Made by a program: the position numbers and the translations under genes. The notes below the pieces were generated by a model. It saw only the letters and a list, made by a program, of their open reading frames with translations, searched no databases and was not told the origin of the DNA. A stretch of 59,851 nt of DNA, filler included, from Sluysia triapertura (taxonomy: Eukaryota): the NCBI GenBank assembly GCA_046118255.1. It is 4 parts of 4 records of this genome, joined end to end, with 100 filler letters (N's around TTAATTAATTAA, not from the genome) between each part and the next. Parts side by side here need not be neighbours in the genome. Positions count along the whole stretch, not along the records: positions 33,771 to 46,266 come from JBJNIA010103765.1; positions 46,367 to 59,851 come from JBJNIA010037703.1; 2 more parts are not named here. The stretch is one strand, 5' to 3'. Of the stretch, positions 38,404 to 53,000 are shown one piece after another (position 1 is the first letter of the stretch; each line of letters starts with the position of its first letter).

Positions 38404-39817
38404 TCAGCTTAACTCATTAATGCTCCGTAACTCAAGAGAAACAGTAGCACTGATTAATTAAAACTGGCATATACATATTCTCAAAAGATAAAAAAAAATG
38501 TTAGCGTAAAAATGAAGAAAAGTTTATACTTAGCTGTTTGTTTACTTAAATGTCATATCATAGATAATCTGTTGATCAATATAAGTTAATATAAGTGTGT
38601 CCAACATTAACCCATAAGGACCAGATTTTTTTTTCAAAATTTAAAAATCATGACATACATTTATTTATCTTGGTATATCACCTTACATACAAGTTCAAAT
38701 CTTATAAAAACATTTTTTGTGCACGCAACACATACCAATGCAATGATTATGCTAAGAAATTTCATTATTAAAAATATAGTGCAATAAATAAAAAATATAA
38801 ACCGTAAAGTCGTTATTTGACAACCATGGTTGATAATGGGTTAATATTACAGAGTTCATTAGCTAATCACTTACTATTTTATTTTCAATATATTTCTTTC
38901 GCTATTCACCAAACAGATCAAGAAAACTAAATAGTTTTCGAATAAATTTTAGTAAATCGAAAATAACAAATATTTTCATTGAGTCATCTATTTCCATAAT
39001 TTATAAACATTTATTTAGGTAAAATTGTTTATTTGAAATTGTTTATTTGTTTGTTATTTTAATTAAAATAAGTTATTTCTCTCATACTACCACGAACATT
39101 AAGTTTACATATACTAACGAGAACCTGAAAATGACTAACTGGATTTTTGGTCTAAAATTAAAGCAATTCATTCTTTTGAATATTTTCTTTTAGTTTTAAT
39201 ATATTTTTTATATTGCGGCGAAAAAATTTGGTGAGTAAATCGTATAATGACACTAAAATGTTTAATGTATTTTATTATACTAATGAAAATAAACCAACAC
39301 CTTTACTTTAATATTACAAAACTAAACGTTTTCTTGTCAACAGTTTTGAATCGTCTTCAGTTTTTGCAAAATTACTTTTAAATGTACTTAAATTAGCTTT
39401 AGCAAAATTATCATTAATAGCAAAAGGTAAAGTATTTGATGTTGCAGGACTTGGTTTTACAATACCAGTCATTTCATCGCTTTTATTCAACATCAAACTA
39501 TGGCTGGGATTGTTTGTATTAAATATTTCCAGTTTATTTAAAGGATTAAATAAAGTTATCTCATCACTTGGACCTGAAGTTTGCTGAACTGGTTCTTCAG
39601 TTCCTCCTTTTTTCGTCAAATCAGTTTTAGATAAATCATCTAATTTTCTGTTATACGATTCAGATAATTCTGATACTACATCGTCTGATAAAGATGATTC
39701 TTTGTTATTTATAATTACATTTTCTTCGCATTCTTTCTGCTTCTTTTTTCCTAATTTAATACCGATAAATGAAGCAGGCTTAGTGAAAGCATTTGATAAT
39801 TTGAGAAATTTCTTCAT
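38404..39817 (-). CDS. Uncharacterised low-complexity protein; exon 39817-39318 plus putative exon 38449-38404
   Basis: 167-aa ATG-initiated Ser/Asn/Lys-rich ORF. A phase-2 donor TT|GTAAT joins CAG|T GCT ACT.. to give ..RLVFATVSLELRSINELS*. Confidence 0.55.
38611..38840. mobile_element. Possible second piggyBac-type MITE
   Basis: TTAA|CCCATAAGGACCA ... TGGTTGATAATGGG|TTAA: CCCAT termini and TTAA flanks, but short imperfect TIRs. Confidence 0.5.
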
Positions 39818-42800
39818 CTTTCTATATCCAAATAAATGTTTATATAATCAAGAAATGTAAAACGAAAAATAATTCAAAATCAGTATTAATCGAAATGTAA
39901 AAGAAAAATCTAAATTAACAAAAAACCTTTTGGTTTCGTTTTATAAATAAAAAAAAAACAATGAAAATTATACTTTGGAATAATTTCACGTCTTCATAAA
40001 TATTGTTAATAATAACACTGCTTTTTATGACTTTAGGCACACATAATTTGTAAATAGTCGTAAGAAATTCTAGGTAAAACAACCACTCACAAATTACAAT
40101 CGATTATTTTATTTTAACTTAAATAATCCATTAATTACAATAAATTATATAAACAAATGTTAAATTCTACACCTCATATTGTTTAATCATTGATTTCAAA
40201 GCAGACTACTATTGCAAATTCAAATTTAATTCAATAATAAAGTTATTTTTTATATTAATTTGTTACTTTATCAGTCATTTCCTATTCAAATTATACATAG
40301 ATGAAAAATTAAATTGCAAATCAATTATTCAAATATTACCATATGTAATGCGAATTTTATTTCAATCGTCAATCTGACTCAATACAATGAATTTTGAAAA
40401 TTGTTTTAAAGATCAACATGGATATAACTACTTACTTAATAATTTGCATATTAATATTGATTTTTATATTACATTATTCAAAATGAATAAGTAAAAAAGA
40501 AGAAATTATGACTATTAATTATAAAATTAAGATGATTTTGATAGTAATTTGTGCTTTATTTTTTTTCTGTAATATTTGAAATATTTAAATACTTGAATAT
40601 TCGTCAGTCATGTTATACTGTGTATATATTCAAATTAAAATACAAGTACAACAAAATCCTAAATGACACTTTCACAGCTTATTAAAGACTCAATATCTCC
40701 AAATTTTAATTAAACACGACGTTTCAACTGAACTAATTATATCCAGTGTTATGTTACAATTATGTTTTTTAAATAAAATAATACCTACTCATTATCTTGT
40801 GTGTATGTGTGAGTTATTAAGATTATACAATTCTCTTCTCATATATATACATATATATATAAAACACTACCAATAAATTTAAATATTGATTGATAAATTG
40901 TATTAATAATTGTGAACTATGATATACTTGATTTTGAAGTAAAAATTACACTTTGTCTATCATATTTAGATAGGATAGATTGTTTTTAGTATTCGTAATA
41001 GTAAATGGTTATTATTATACGAGATTAAAAGGTTTCTTAAGGTTAGAAGGGTCACAAGCGATACAATAAATAATTTCACAACTAATCGCATTATATTCAA
41101 TAGCACAATATTTTAAATATATTCCACTTACTTAAGTTCATCAATTAAGTTATCATTTCACAAATTTATGTGCATGAACAATACACAATTAATTTTTTAA
41201 ATAAGAGAATTTTTTATTACATTTCTTATGAATGCATTTTTATATGAACAAATGTAACAGTGTTTAATTTTAGTCTAAAATTTATTGAGATTACAATGCT
41301 TTTAAAATGAGATTACATAGAATTAATATTAATTTAAAAATTAGTAACAAATAACAACTAATTTGAGACAGAAAGTATTTAGATAATCATTTTAAAGTGA
41401 GATCCTATAAAGACAATATGAAATTAAAATTTATAAACATCACTATTACAGTCAACAAATCATTTTAAATTAAGAATCAATAACATTAAAAAAACATTAT
41501 AAAATTAAAACTTAATAACATAAAATTGGTTCAAACTCGAAATAATTATTAATATGTCTAACTATATTAATGAAATTAATTTGACCATTAATTACTAGTT
41601 TGTATGTTGGTATTAACTAATATTGTATTGATTCTAATTATATTATTAAAATTATTACCGACTATTAATTCTGGATTAATCAGTTTAATACATAAAATAT
41701 AATATAAAATGAACAAAGAATTCCTTTAAAAACCAACTGTTTTTGAACGTCTACGGATGAATATATCAATCAGTGTAACATAATTCGTTCGGAGATCAAA
41801 GATTTTACTTAATATTGAATTTGGCGAAGGCTGGTCTTTACTATAATCAAGTAATACTTATTTTGAGTTTGAACGTTTTGTAATATAACTATAAATAAAA
41901 TAACTATTTTAATTAAATCATATTATAAGAAATTTTTGTTTTCAAGCTTTATGTTATTATTTTAACCTATTCGAATAAAAATAATTTCGTTTTCTTTTTA
42001 GTTTTATTTAAATAAAAAGAAAGGGGATTGAGGATAAATATCCGGATTCGACAAATACTATAAAATTAAGAATATTATAAATAATATTAAGAAATTTAAA
42101 GACGAATTAAGATTTTACAGAATAAATTAGATTAAAGTTTCTTCCATAATATTAAAATACATACAAAAGAATTATAACTTTGTTAAGCACTTCTATCCTG
42201 AACAACTATGACGAATATACTAATTCATGCTTCCGGATAATTTGTTTAATTAATTAATATAATACTTAAAATTTAAGATTTTAATTAAAAGATATAGATA
42301 ATATACATAAAAATCTTGGATTTAGCGAAAGAGAAACAAATATTATATTAAAGAATCTTAGACTTTGAATTTTACCTTCAGTTAAATCCAAGCAGAAGAG
42401 AATATAATTATTAAAGAAGTTATGCAAGTCAAGAACATTGCATTATTACCTGAAACTAAGAGTGCATTAATAGCATATATGAAAATTATAAAATATAAAC
42501 AGCGTTCAAATATATACGAATCTTATAAAGTATAACTAAAGTAAGGATCCATATTACTTAAGAAATTTAGATTACTACAGAATAAGAACCTATACGAATT
42601 CCATAAGATATAAGATAGTATTCACACACAACTGAATTATATGAATGATACCTATATCATAACTATAACTAAATTTTTACGCAAACATCAAGAATATTCA
42701 CATAGAAATTATAATTGGAGAAATAATTGTTTTAGTTTCGTTTAATATATTTATGGCATATAATTAATACTACATACAATCATTTTTAAAATTGTATGAA

Positions 42801-45800
42801 TTATTGAATTTTACTTTACTTTTCATTAATATTTTATTCTGATATTATTGTCCAATTTTAAGTCTTTTCAATTTCAAACGTTATCAAAGAAAATGTTTTT
42901 GTTGCTTATATTTTTGGAATTAAAATTTAGAGTTTTAAGATGTGAAATAGAAAATATGAATTTGAAATAAATAATGTAGAATATATTATTAATTAAACAG
43001 AACTGAATTGAAATCAAAATTTCAGTAATAAAATGCACAATGATAAAATTAGTTGCATGTGGTAAGATGTTAGATGTTATGAATTAAAAAACGAACACTT
43101 TCTTCATAGAATACATTAGGATTATATGAAGTTGTACATGTTTTATTTATACATAATGAAGTCCAAAAATGTTTATTTATAAAATGAAAACTGATTATAT
43201 TTTAGAAATTTATATTTTAGAGATATCTTTGATGTTACAAAAATATGATTTTTATGAATTCGTAGTTTAGTTCAAGATTGTTCTGTAGAATTATAAGCCA
43301 TTGCCATGTGTTAAAAATATTTACTATTATTCACCTTTTTCACGAGATCCCAGTCCTAAGAATTATCTTTTATTTAAAAGTTATAATAATTCTACAGTTA
43401 TAAATGGCAGAACTATCAATAAATGAATTTTCTCAATTATATTTTCTCAAAACCAGACTTTATCAAAGTAAATAGATATTGTTTAATTGAATTTTTTATA
43501 ATAATTGGATATTAATTTTCGAACAAGTTTATTTAATATATTTTAATCTGTAAAATACACGATTAGTCAAATAAAAAACATTTCGTTTTAATTCATAAAT
43601 GGTAATGCAATGGTAACAAGACTGATAATATAATAATAATAATAATATAATATAATAATAACATAATCATACCTACCTACAAAAGAGGTACTCAAAGGTG
43701 CCTAAAATAAATCATTCACTATAATATTTCTGAGACAGAAATAAATATATCTTTTCTTAAATATTTCATCATCTTCCAGTAGCTGATTGTATATTTTTGA
43801 AACAAACGGTACATAACCTATCACCTAGCTTATTATCACCAAGGATTCTGTAGCACTTATTTAAAGATGAGTTAATGCAAGTGCACAAATTCAAAAGATT
43901 ACATCTAAATGATGCATTATAAAGTCAGTTTAAATAAATAATACTTCGTTTTTAATAAATTTTAAACTTAAAAAATTTAGTATTGTTTAAAAATTTTTTT
44001 GCTTTTATTTTGTCACAAATCTTTCTTTAAAAATTCATTAAGAATTTGTTTTCTTACAATGAATAAGATCTGTGAAGGCACTTTATGTTTCAAAATTTAC
44101 TTTGTACTTTTTTCCTTTGTCTTTCTTTTTTTTTACTTTTTCTACTTTGTCTTTATAATTAATATTCGTATCTATATATAAAATACAACTTTAAAACCAA
44201 TATTTCCTGATAATTTAATGAAAAATATTGTGGACTAAACAGAATTTAATTTTTTAATTTTCGTCGCTTTACAATCTTAATACACAGTACAAATACATTA
44301 TTAAAACTGAAATGAGAAATCTGCCCTGATACAATAAGACCACGTTCAAAATAATTCACTTGTGCATTGCCACAGTAAACACAATAAAGTTGATATCAGT
44401 TTACACAAAGTATTCGCGTAAAATACTAAACTTAAATGAAATAAAATAATCATACTAAAAAGCTGCATATCTAGACTAATATTTAATATTAAACTTCTGA
44501 AATACACTTTCAGTGTCACGGAACTAGATCCTATTGTTACAAACTCAGCTAACAGCCTATATGTAACAATATTAATTATAATTAATTGTTGAAATGATAT
44601 TTATAACTTATACAAGTCAAAATATCAATTGTAGGACGCATATTTCGTCGTATTTTAATAAACCAACAATATTAACTATTATAAGTTAAACAGAACGAAG
44701 CAATTATTTTCAAATATATCTTATTATCAACATTTTAATTCATTTTTTATTTTTTTTAAGTAATAAAAAAAATAGGAAAGAAATTTATTGTACATAAAAT
44801 ATTCTTAATCTGATTTGAAAATTTCAAAGAGAAGATATTTCAACATAATATATTATTTTTATTTGAACTATATTATAATTATAATTATTATTATTAATAA
44901 AATGTTATTGTATTATGTCATTGTTATTTAATCACATATTTCACTAATTTTTATGATATATGCAAAATTAAATATATTAAAATATTAACACTTTTTTCTT
45001 ATTCTATTTCAAGGTGCAACTTTTTAACCAAATTATAATTTTATGCATAAATTTTCTAAACGTAGTAATATTTACACTCAATTATACGCTCAACCTTATT
45101 TACTATTAACAAAAATAAAACTGGCTAATGACGTCAGAAAGAGATAATGTTGTATTAAAAGAAAGCTAATTTCATTAAACTTTAACTAATTGGTTCATTA
45201 ATATTTTAATGTGCCATTTCTTATTTCTTTAAAAGAAATCTGGATTATATATAATTAATAAGCAACATTTTGTAACACAAGTAAACATACTAATCAATGA
45301 TAACTAAATAATAAATTAATAACTGCTTTTATGACAAACAAAGTTTAAAATCATGTTATTTTACAAGTAGGTATTATTAAAATGAAATAATTCAAGATAT
45401 TATATTTTAAAACGAAAAAAAATACCTGAGTTCATTTCTTCAGTTCACAAGTAATATAATTTATAATATTTTCTAGTTTTGAAATAAAATACGCTGGGAA
45501 ATTACTGAAATATTTTAGTTAAACAAAGAAACAAAGATATAAATAAATGCAATAATTTGATTTTTACTTCATTTCTTAATATTTATTTTTATGTTTGCAT
45601 GAAATCTATTTTTATATTACGTTTATTATTGCTCTGAATATAAATACATTGAGAATGTATAATAAAATATTTTTAATTTAAACTAGTTTTTGACTTTATT
45701 GAACATTCAAATGTAATATTAATATATTTGGGTTCTTAAGAGTTGTGTGTAAAAATATTTGGTTAAGGTGAATTAAATTAATAATAAAAATTAATTTAAT

Positions 45801-46849
45801 TACAAAAGTATTATGAAATTAAATTAATTAAAAAAATAATAAAATTTATGAAATTAAAAAAAAATTTTAATAGAAATAATAACCGAAAATTAAAAATTAA
45901 TAAAAATAATTATAGAAATAAATAAAGTAATAATGTAGTAATTATTGTTTAAAAAAATTAAATTAAATTAAGAGTAAAAATTACTTCAATTATTAAAGTA
46001 ATTTAAAGATTAAATTAATAATTATAAAATTTATAAATTTATGAAATTGAAAAAAATTACTAATGGAATTAATAATTGAAAATTAAAAATAGTAATAACA
46101 GTAAATATAGATATAAATAAAATTAATAATAATAGTAATTGTAATATTAATTGTAGTATTGTTAATAATAATAATTATAATGTTAGATTTGCTACGATTC
46201 TGGGTTATACCTAACCTACGATGCAAATAAGCCTAGATGAGTTCGACCTAATAAGAACGACTTAAGNNNNNNNNNNNNNNNNNNNNNNNNNNNNNNNNNN
46301 NNNNNNNNNNTTAATTAATTAANNNNNNNNNNNNNNNNNNNNNNNNNNNNNNNNNNNNNNNNNNNNTTCTTATTTCAACGAAGTTTATAATACTTCATCT
46401 GTTACTTCTCATCAATTCTTTCTTCATTTGTAATTCTATATATTCTTTACTCGTCTCTTAATCTAAAGTTGGGCAATCCCAACAAATTCACATAAAATTC
46501 ATCCACAAATATATTCTAAACATCATCACATGTAATATACATTTCAAAACCTACAATAAATTCGTCAATATACAAATTGTAATAATTAATATCAGGAATG
46601 TTCTTGCCAGTATTGTCTCCCTCACTACACTACGAAGAGCATTGCACTACACTGCATTTTCTTTTTATGTTTACAGATGTGAATTATGCATGTACAAAAT
46701 TTGTCTTTAACTTTTTCATTCAGCTAATTTCATTTTTATAACGATACTGTATTTTTTTAGTTTTTCTTTAAATAATTGAAATTATTGTGACATTTTAAAA
46801 CAGTTTACGTCACCTTCTTATAAAACTTTTAAAAATTATATTTTGAATT

Positions 46850-47290
46850 TACATGACTGCTGAAGGTAGTAAATGTTGTCAGATGAAAGACAGTAACAGA
46901 TTAGCATTTACAGTAAATATGTTGATTTTAACTAAATGTCTGAAGATTTCTGGATCTACAAAATCAGTTGTAGATCTACAAAAATTATTGTCAGAGCATT
47001 CACAACAAAATTTAATGACGTGATACAGTTTTATTATAATACTTGTAATAAGTGTTATAGATTGTGCGTCAAATCAAGCTTTATTTAATCTTTTAACGAT
47101 AAATTGAAATTTTTAACTCTAGTAATAATCTGGAATATGAAATTAAATAGATAATAAAAGCTAATTCAAACATAATGCTTAGTGAACTGATCCAAGAGGT
47201 CAATAAAATTTCGATTAACAGATTTAAATAAAGTTATTATTAAACATTAATAAAGTTTAACTAGAGTTATCATTAAACAGTTACTAAAAT
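46850..47290 (-). pseudogene. Unknown ORF family A, degraded copy
   Basis: ITLFKSVNRNFIDLLDQFTKHYV resembles LTLSINKKVNFMTILNQYLKHLL (56022-56204). Confidence 0.35.
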
Positions 47291-48205
47291 TATTGATTTT
47301 ATTTCGTGTTTTGGATCAATAAATAGAACAAGTTTTTATTTCTGTTTTAGACCTTTAAGAATAATAGGCTTTAAGCCGATTTGTAATTTAAAAAATTTTG
47401 AATTTTATAATACAGAACTGGACCTTACAATTTTGTAAAAATAAAAATATTCTACAAATACTTTAAATCACCAAATAATCAAGTCTCGACTATATCAGTA
47501 ATTATTTTGTATTTTAATATTAAACAAACCAAAACACACCGAATAATCAAATAAATGTGTCATGTTTAAATTCGAAGTCGAATATTTTGTCAAGGTACAA
47601 ATTTGTTAAATTTGTGTAATTTGTATTATAATAATGATAATGTTGAAATGGTGATAATGTGTAATGGCAATAGTGTTTGTAAAATAATAGTAACGATAAT
47701 AATATTGACTTAAAATAGTAATTATAATAATAATTTAAAAAGTATTCTTAAATAAAAGAGTTTAAATTTTTTGAATTAAATTCTATTTGGAATTACAATT
47801 GTAATTAAAAAAGTTTAATTTTAAATTCAATTACTAATTGATTACTACAAGTTTGTCGGTACGATATGTCTAATATTGAATTTATAAAATGTGTAAAATT
47901 TTTATCGTCCTTTGAAAAATCATAGATTTTTTGAGTTATTTATTTTTTAATAACTCAAAAATGGATTTTACTTCATTATTTTTTCTTTCTTTAGATAAGT
48001 TTAGCTGAATGAAATTTAGATTGACCATTAAAATTATTTCGATATTATTTGAGTTTGAGTTTTATTAAGTCGAGTAAAAATAATAGATTATCGACAAATA
48101 CAGATTGAAAAAAGCTCGTAAAGTAAGTGTTACAGTTTTCATTATTATTATTGTTGTTGGTTTCTTCTATTAGATTAATTAACCTTACAGAATAAAAGTA
48201 TATCT

Positions 48206-48259
48206 AGGAGTCCACCGACTTATCTAGGCTTATAGGGTATGGCTAGATGGTCGGATTTT
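48206..48259 (+). ncRNA. Hairpin repeat copy lacking splice dinucleotides
   Basis: GAGTCCACCGACTTATCTAGGCTTATAGGGTATGGCTAGATGGTCGGATTT, with stems CCGAC/GTCGG and ATCTAG/CTAGAT. AGAATAAA lies upstream. Confidence 0.6.
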
Positions 48260-50142
48260 TTATTAAGATAACTAATGGACGTCAACTTCTAAGACGTTTA
48301 AATGAAGGTTCATTTCTTCTATGTAATTTTGCGATTGTGTTATTTAATATTTCTACTTAGATAAACAATATTATTATTGTTAAACAGGAATCTTTTGATA
48401 ATATTTTATAATATTGGAGTCGGAAAACCAACTAAATCAAATGTTTTTAATTATATTAATTTATTTTTATAACGTGGTACTGTAAAACCAACTATGGCAA
48501 TAAGTTAATTTTTTTAGTGTTACTTATATATTATTCAAAAATGCTTTATAACAATTTATATTTTACAAATCCAATAAAAATTTTACACATTCCTTAATGT
48601 ATGTCCTATTATCAATTTATGTCAATAATAATTACACAAAATTAATTTTAATATATTTTCGTAAATAAAATTTAATAAACAAAAAATCTAAAAGATATTA
48701 ATAAACAAAAAATTTTAATGTGTTTGAAAAAAGTTTCAATATTTGAAAATAATTGAAAATAATTATAGCGAAAATAATATATAATTAAATAATTTTAAAA
48801 TTTAAATTAAAATGTTAAAATTTGTTTAAAATATAAATCTCAAGTACAAAACAAAAATATCAGACAGACACATAGAAAATTAGTTTTGTCTCTCGGTATA
48901 TTAAAAAGAATTCACATAATATCAGCTGTTAATTCCTTCTCTGTATATTGGAACAATTCATTTATTTCATTTATATATCAATGATCCAGCTAAAAACTTT
49001 TTAAATATTATTTTTATTATTATTATTATTATCAGTATTATTTTTATTAATATTTTTATTATTTTTCAGATTATTTCTGTTAACATTATTTATTATTATC
49101 ATTAATGTTATTATTACCATCAATATTATTATTACTGTTAGAAAGAATGTGTAAATTATATATTGGCTAATATATTGATTTATATGAATAATTATTATTT
49201 TAAATGTTGATTATTAACATTATCTGTATATTGGAATTGTTTAAATTATTATTGGAAACATTTTAATTGGAATTTTATTTAATTTTAAAATGTAAGTATT
49301 TAATAAATTTTTTAAAATAAAATTTCAATTAAATGTTATTTAATTGATTTTTTAATTTGTTTAATTAAACTAAAGTAAAATTGTTAAGAAAAGGTCAGTA
49401 GTTTTAGTATAAATAGTAATTCTTCAATAAATTTCACTCACAACAATAACACAAGTTTTTCAACATTATTTTAACAATTCAACTAGATCAATTTTAACTC
49501 AAAAAATACAATTTTTGCTGTTTAATTATCGTTAGTTTGATAAGTTGCGCTACATTTTAAGCCGCAACAAAAACTACGCTAAAAATCTTTTTTTAATTTA
49601 AATTTTCAGTTAGCTTTTAAAATGTTAACTAAGAAAAATATCATTTTAATTTTGAATTACTTAAGATTATCAAGGAATAATCTACGTAAAATAAATATTA
49701 CTTGGACTATAAATTTGAATAAGCTTGTATCATATTTTATTATTTGAGTTATGAACTTACCCGTTCTATATTTATTTGCATTTGCATTGATATATTTTCC
49801 TAATTGATTTTTATTTTCGATAACATATAAAGAAAAAAGGTTTACACTAACAAAATTTTTCATAATTGATTTTGGTCCATTTTTTAAACTGTTTTATTTA
49901 AAACCAGAGTAAAACTATATTTAAACGATATTTGAATTTTATATACTTAACGCTTTCTTTTAATTTCGAAACCAAAGAAAAATCTATTGATTTAACCCAA
50001 ATATATTTTAAAATATCGTTTAGGATCCCTTTAAAGAAGATCCTTATCAAAATATTAACTTTGATAATAAGAATACATAAGTTTTCATTACATAATTCCA
50101 TTGAGAAAAATTATTAAAACATCCTTAAGTATTATCTTACTT

Positions 50143-50183
50143 CTAAATCTAAGGGCTAGCCCTAACTCGTAAGACTAACTCAC
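50143..50183 (-). ncRNA. Hairpin repeat, deleted copy
   Basis: Minus strand CAGAATAAA..GTGAGTTAGTCTTACGAGTTAGGGCTAGCCCTTAGATTTAG, followed by an AGGATC..GATCCT hairpin (~50020-50045) and ORF 49863-49657. Confidence 0.5.
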
Positions 50184-51254
50184 ATTTAATTTAAATTTAT
50201 TCTGTCCAAACTTTTCTCGAATTACTATTTGTTAGAAAAATATTACATTTGTGAACTAAAACCTAAACTTGAATTTAAGATCTTAGTTCTCTAAATATCA
50301 CTATCCTGTGTCAAGTCTAAAGTTAATATTACTTTTAATACTTAATATTCTAACACTTAATATAATATACTTGAGGTTACTATTCACTCGTCTCTGACGT
50401 AAGAGATGGAAGTGCAATTTTGTTTGATTAATGTCAAAATTCAAGTTCTTCTCCTTAAAATCAAATAATATAAACTAAACTGACTAAAAATTTATTTATC
50501 AAATTTGAGTAATAAAAATTTAATACAATTGATAAAACAAAACAATTCGAATAATATTCTCAACACAAAATATAAGTTCAAATTTAACACTTTAATTATT
50601 TTAAATGCTATTCTGATAAATATTCAAAGTTAAACATTGAACAATAAAAATAGTTATTGAGGGTCCCGTTGTACTTAGATTATCTTTTATTTCATTGATT
50701 TATAAAGTTCAAAATGTTTTATTGTTTAAAACAAAACATTGTTTAAATTTTTTTTACAGATGTAATTAAATTTCACTTTGTAATTACTCTATGTTTTCAT
50801 TATTTAATTGAAATTAAAAGAAAAAACATGAATATTATGATAAACTATGATAATTTGACAAGTCCAAATATGATATATGTAATGAAAATTATGCATACAA
50901 CGAATTCGTTTTAGATATTTCTAAAATATCTAAATTGTAAACTAATAACAAAATAATATACACTAAGTTATATAAATATTCCCATTTTCAAGCTTAAACA
51001 TTGGATAACTTATAGATTGATAATTTTCAAGATTTAATAATCAAACAATTTTGTTAAACAATTATTTAATTTTAACAAATTTAGAAATATTTAAAGAATA
51101 TGCTTATTATTTATAATTACTGAACTAATTCTAAACTATAATTGAAATAGTATTAAATGATTCAGGTACACATTTACATTTTTTACTAAGATATTTAAGA
51201 GAAAGTATTAAATGCCAAATAATTTAAAAAATTAATAACTTCATCTATAAAATA

Positions 51255-51830
51255 ATAAAGCAATTTTGATTGTCTGAAACGTCCCTGCAAATGTAACAAT
51301 TCACATTGAAGGAAACAGATCAGTGAAAAAATGTATCAAAATAGATCTACGTTACACATTATTGAAATTTTTATTTTATGCATAACAAGTTAACCAATAG
51401 TAAAAGGCATTGAACAAATAATTTATGATCCTGAAGAAGACATAACTGACTATCCAATGGAATTTTTAAATATTCTTTTAAATAGTGGTTTGTCTCCACA
51501 TGAATTTAAGAATTTGTCTCCACATGCTCTTAAGAATTTGGATATCAAAAATAGCCTTACCAATAGAGTTCGTTTTAAAACTATCTGGATTTTGAAGTTG
51601 TTACTGTAAGTTTGCTGGAAAACTTTAAATTTCTATTCTCTTATCTTTCACAATAATAATTAACAAATCTCAAGGAAAAACATTTAACAAAGTTGCAATT
51701 CAAATGGATTCTGCCCTTTTTGCACTTATATGTAGCGTTGTCTCGGGCCACATCAATACATTGGTTAAAGATTTACTTACTTGGAAATACTTCACTCATC
51801 AAAAATATTGTTTATAAAAAGATATTTTAG
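51255..51830 (+). mobile_element. Helitron RepHel PIF1-family helicase C-terminal pseudogene
   Basis: YPMEFLNILLNSGLSPHEFK, NLDIKNSLTNRVR, NKSQGKTFNKVAI..LFAH/LYVALSRATS and KNIVYKKIF* match PIF1/Helitron motifs (YPxEFLNSL.PSGLPPH, NLxxxxGLCNGTR, INKSQGQT, HGQLYVALSR, TxNIVY). Confidence 0.9.
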
Positions 51831-52927
51831 TTTATTTAAATTGTTTGAAGTATTAGTTTAAAATAAAGAATAATATGGAGTGAATTTTAATTTTAAATTA
51901 TTGTTTTAACAATTTTTAATAATTATTTTGTATAGCTTGTTAAAAATACAACCAAAGAATGTAAAAAAAATAATAGAACATTTCAAAATTCAGATGAACT
52001 TTTTCTGATTCGTTACTTTGATTTTGAAGAAGCATAAAAGTTCATTTATTGTACTAAATGGTGGCAATTTGAATTTTTTAAATAATTTATATATTTATAC
52101 TACATTAAAAAGACTAATTCGAAAATAGTATTATTAACTTTAATAAAAAATTGTGCTTTTTTGCCTTGATATATTAGTGGTCGGTCTACTCTATTATATT
52201 TGTCAGAAATAAAAATCTTGATTAAATCTGACATCTAGCATTACATGAAACTATATATTATAAAATTTAAGAAAAAATATACATTTTTGAACTATAATTT
52301 CATATTTATTACGAAAAATAAAACACATGTGTAGTTTCACAATATGTATATAAATTAAATTAATTTATTAATTAATTTATTTATTAATATATTTATAAAT
52401 TTTATATGTTAGTTAAATAAAACAAATTTATCAATAAATATTTACAGAAAATTAAACCCATTACACGATTATTTGTTTTAATTGAGTCTATTGATAAAAT
52501 CAAAATAATCTATACTAATATTATAAAAATATTTGTTTATCCAAAATCAATGTTTTTCAAGCACGCCTTTTAAAAAATATAAAATATTTTAATGATATAT
52601 TTATTTATTTATTTATTCATGATCAACAAATAATAAATTTAGCATTATGCACCAACAAAACATAGTTGCTAATAAGTTGCAAAATATTATTAATAAATTA
52701 ACAAAATTAATGTGAAAATATATTTGTTACCGAAGCAACAGACTTTGTTTTGAGAATCCTAAAAAAATCAAATTACGAAAGAAATTATTTTAATACAAAG
52801 ATACAAATTAGTGCTTCTTTCACGAAGCCTTTTTCATTAACAATATTTTAAAAATCAATAAATATATGAATAGTTTAAACATTTTCTACTGCAATTTTAT
52901 TATCACGGGGTTGTCAAGCCTCAAAAC

Positions 52928-52993
<66 letters not shown>

Positions 52994-53000
52994 TTGGGAT

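Noticed and set aside
1631-50183. Hairpin family as independent Introner insertions into host genes
   Set aside because: Flanking sequences (upstream AGAATAAA, downstream TGGAGG) are shared between copies, so the hairpin travels as part of a larger repeat.
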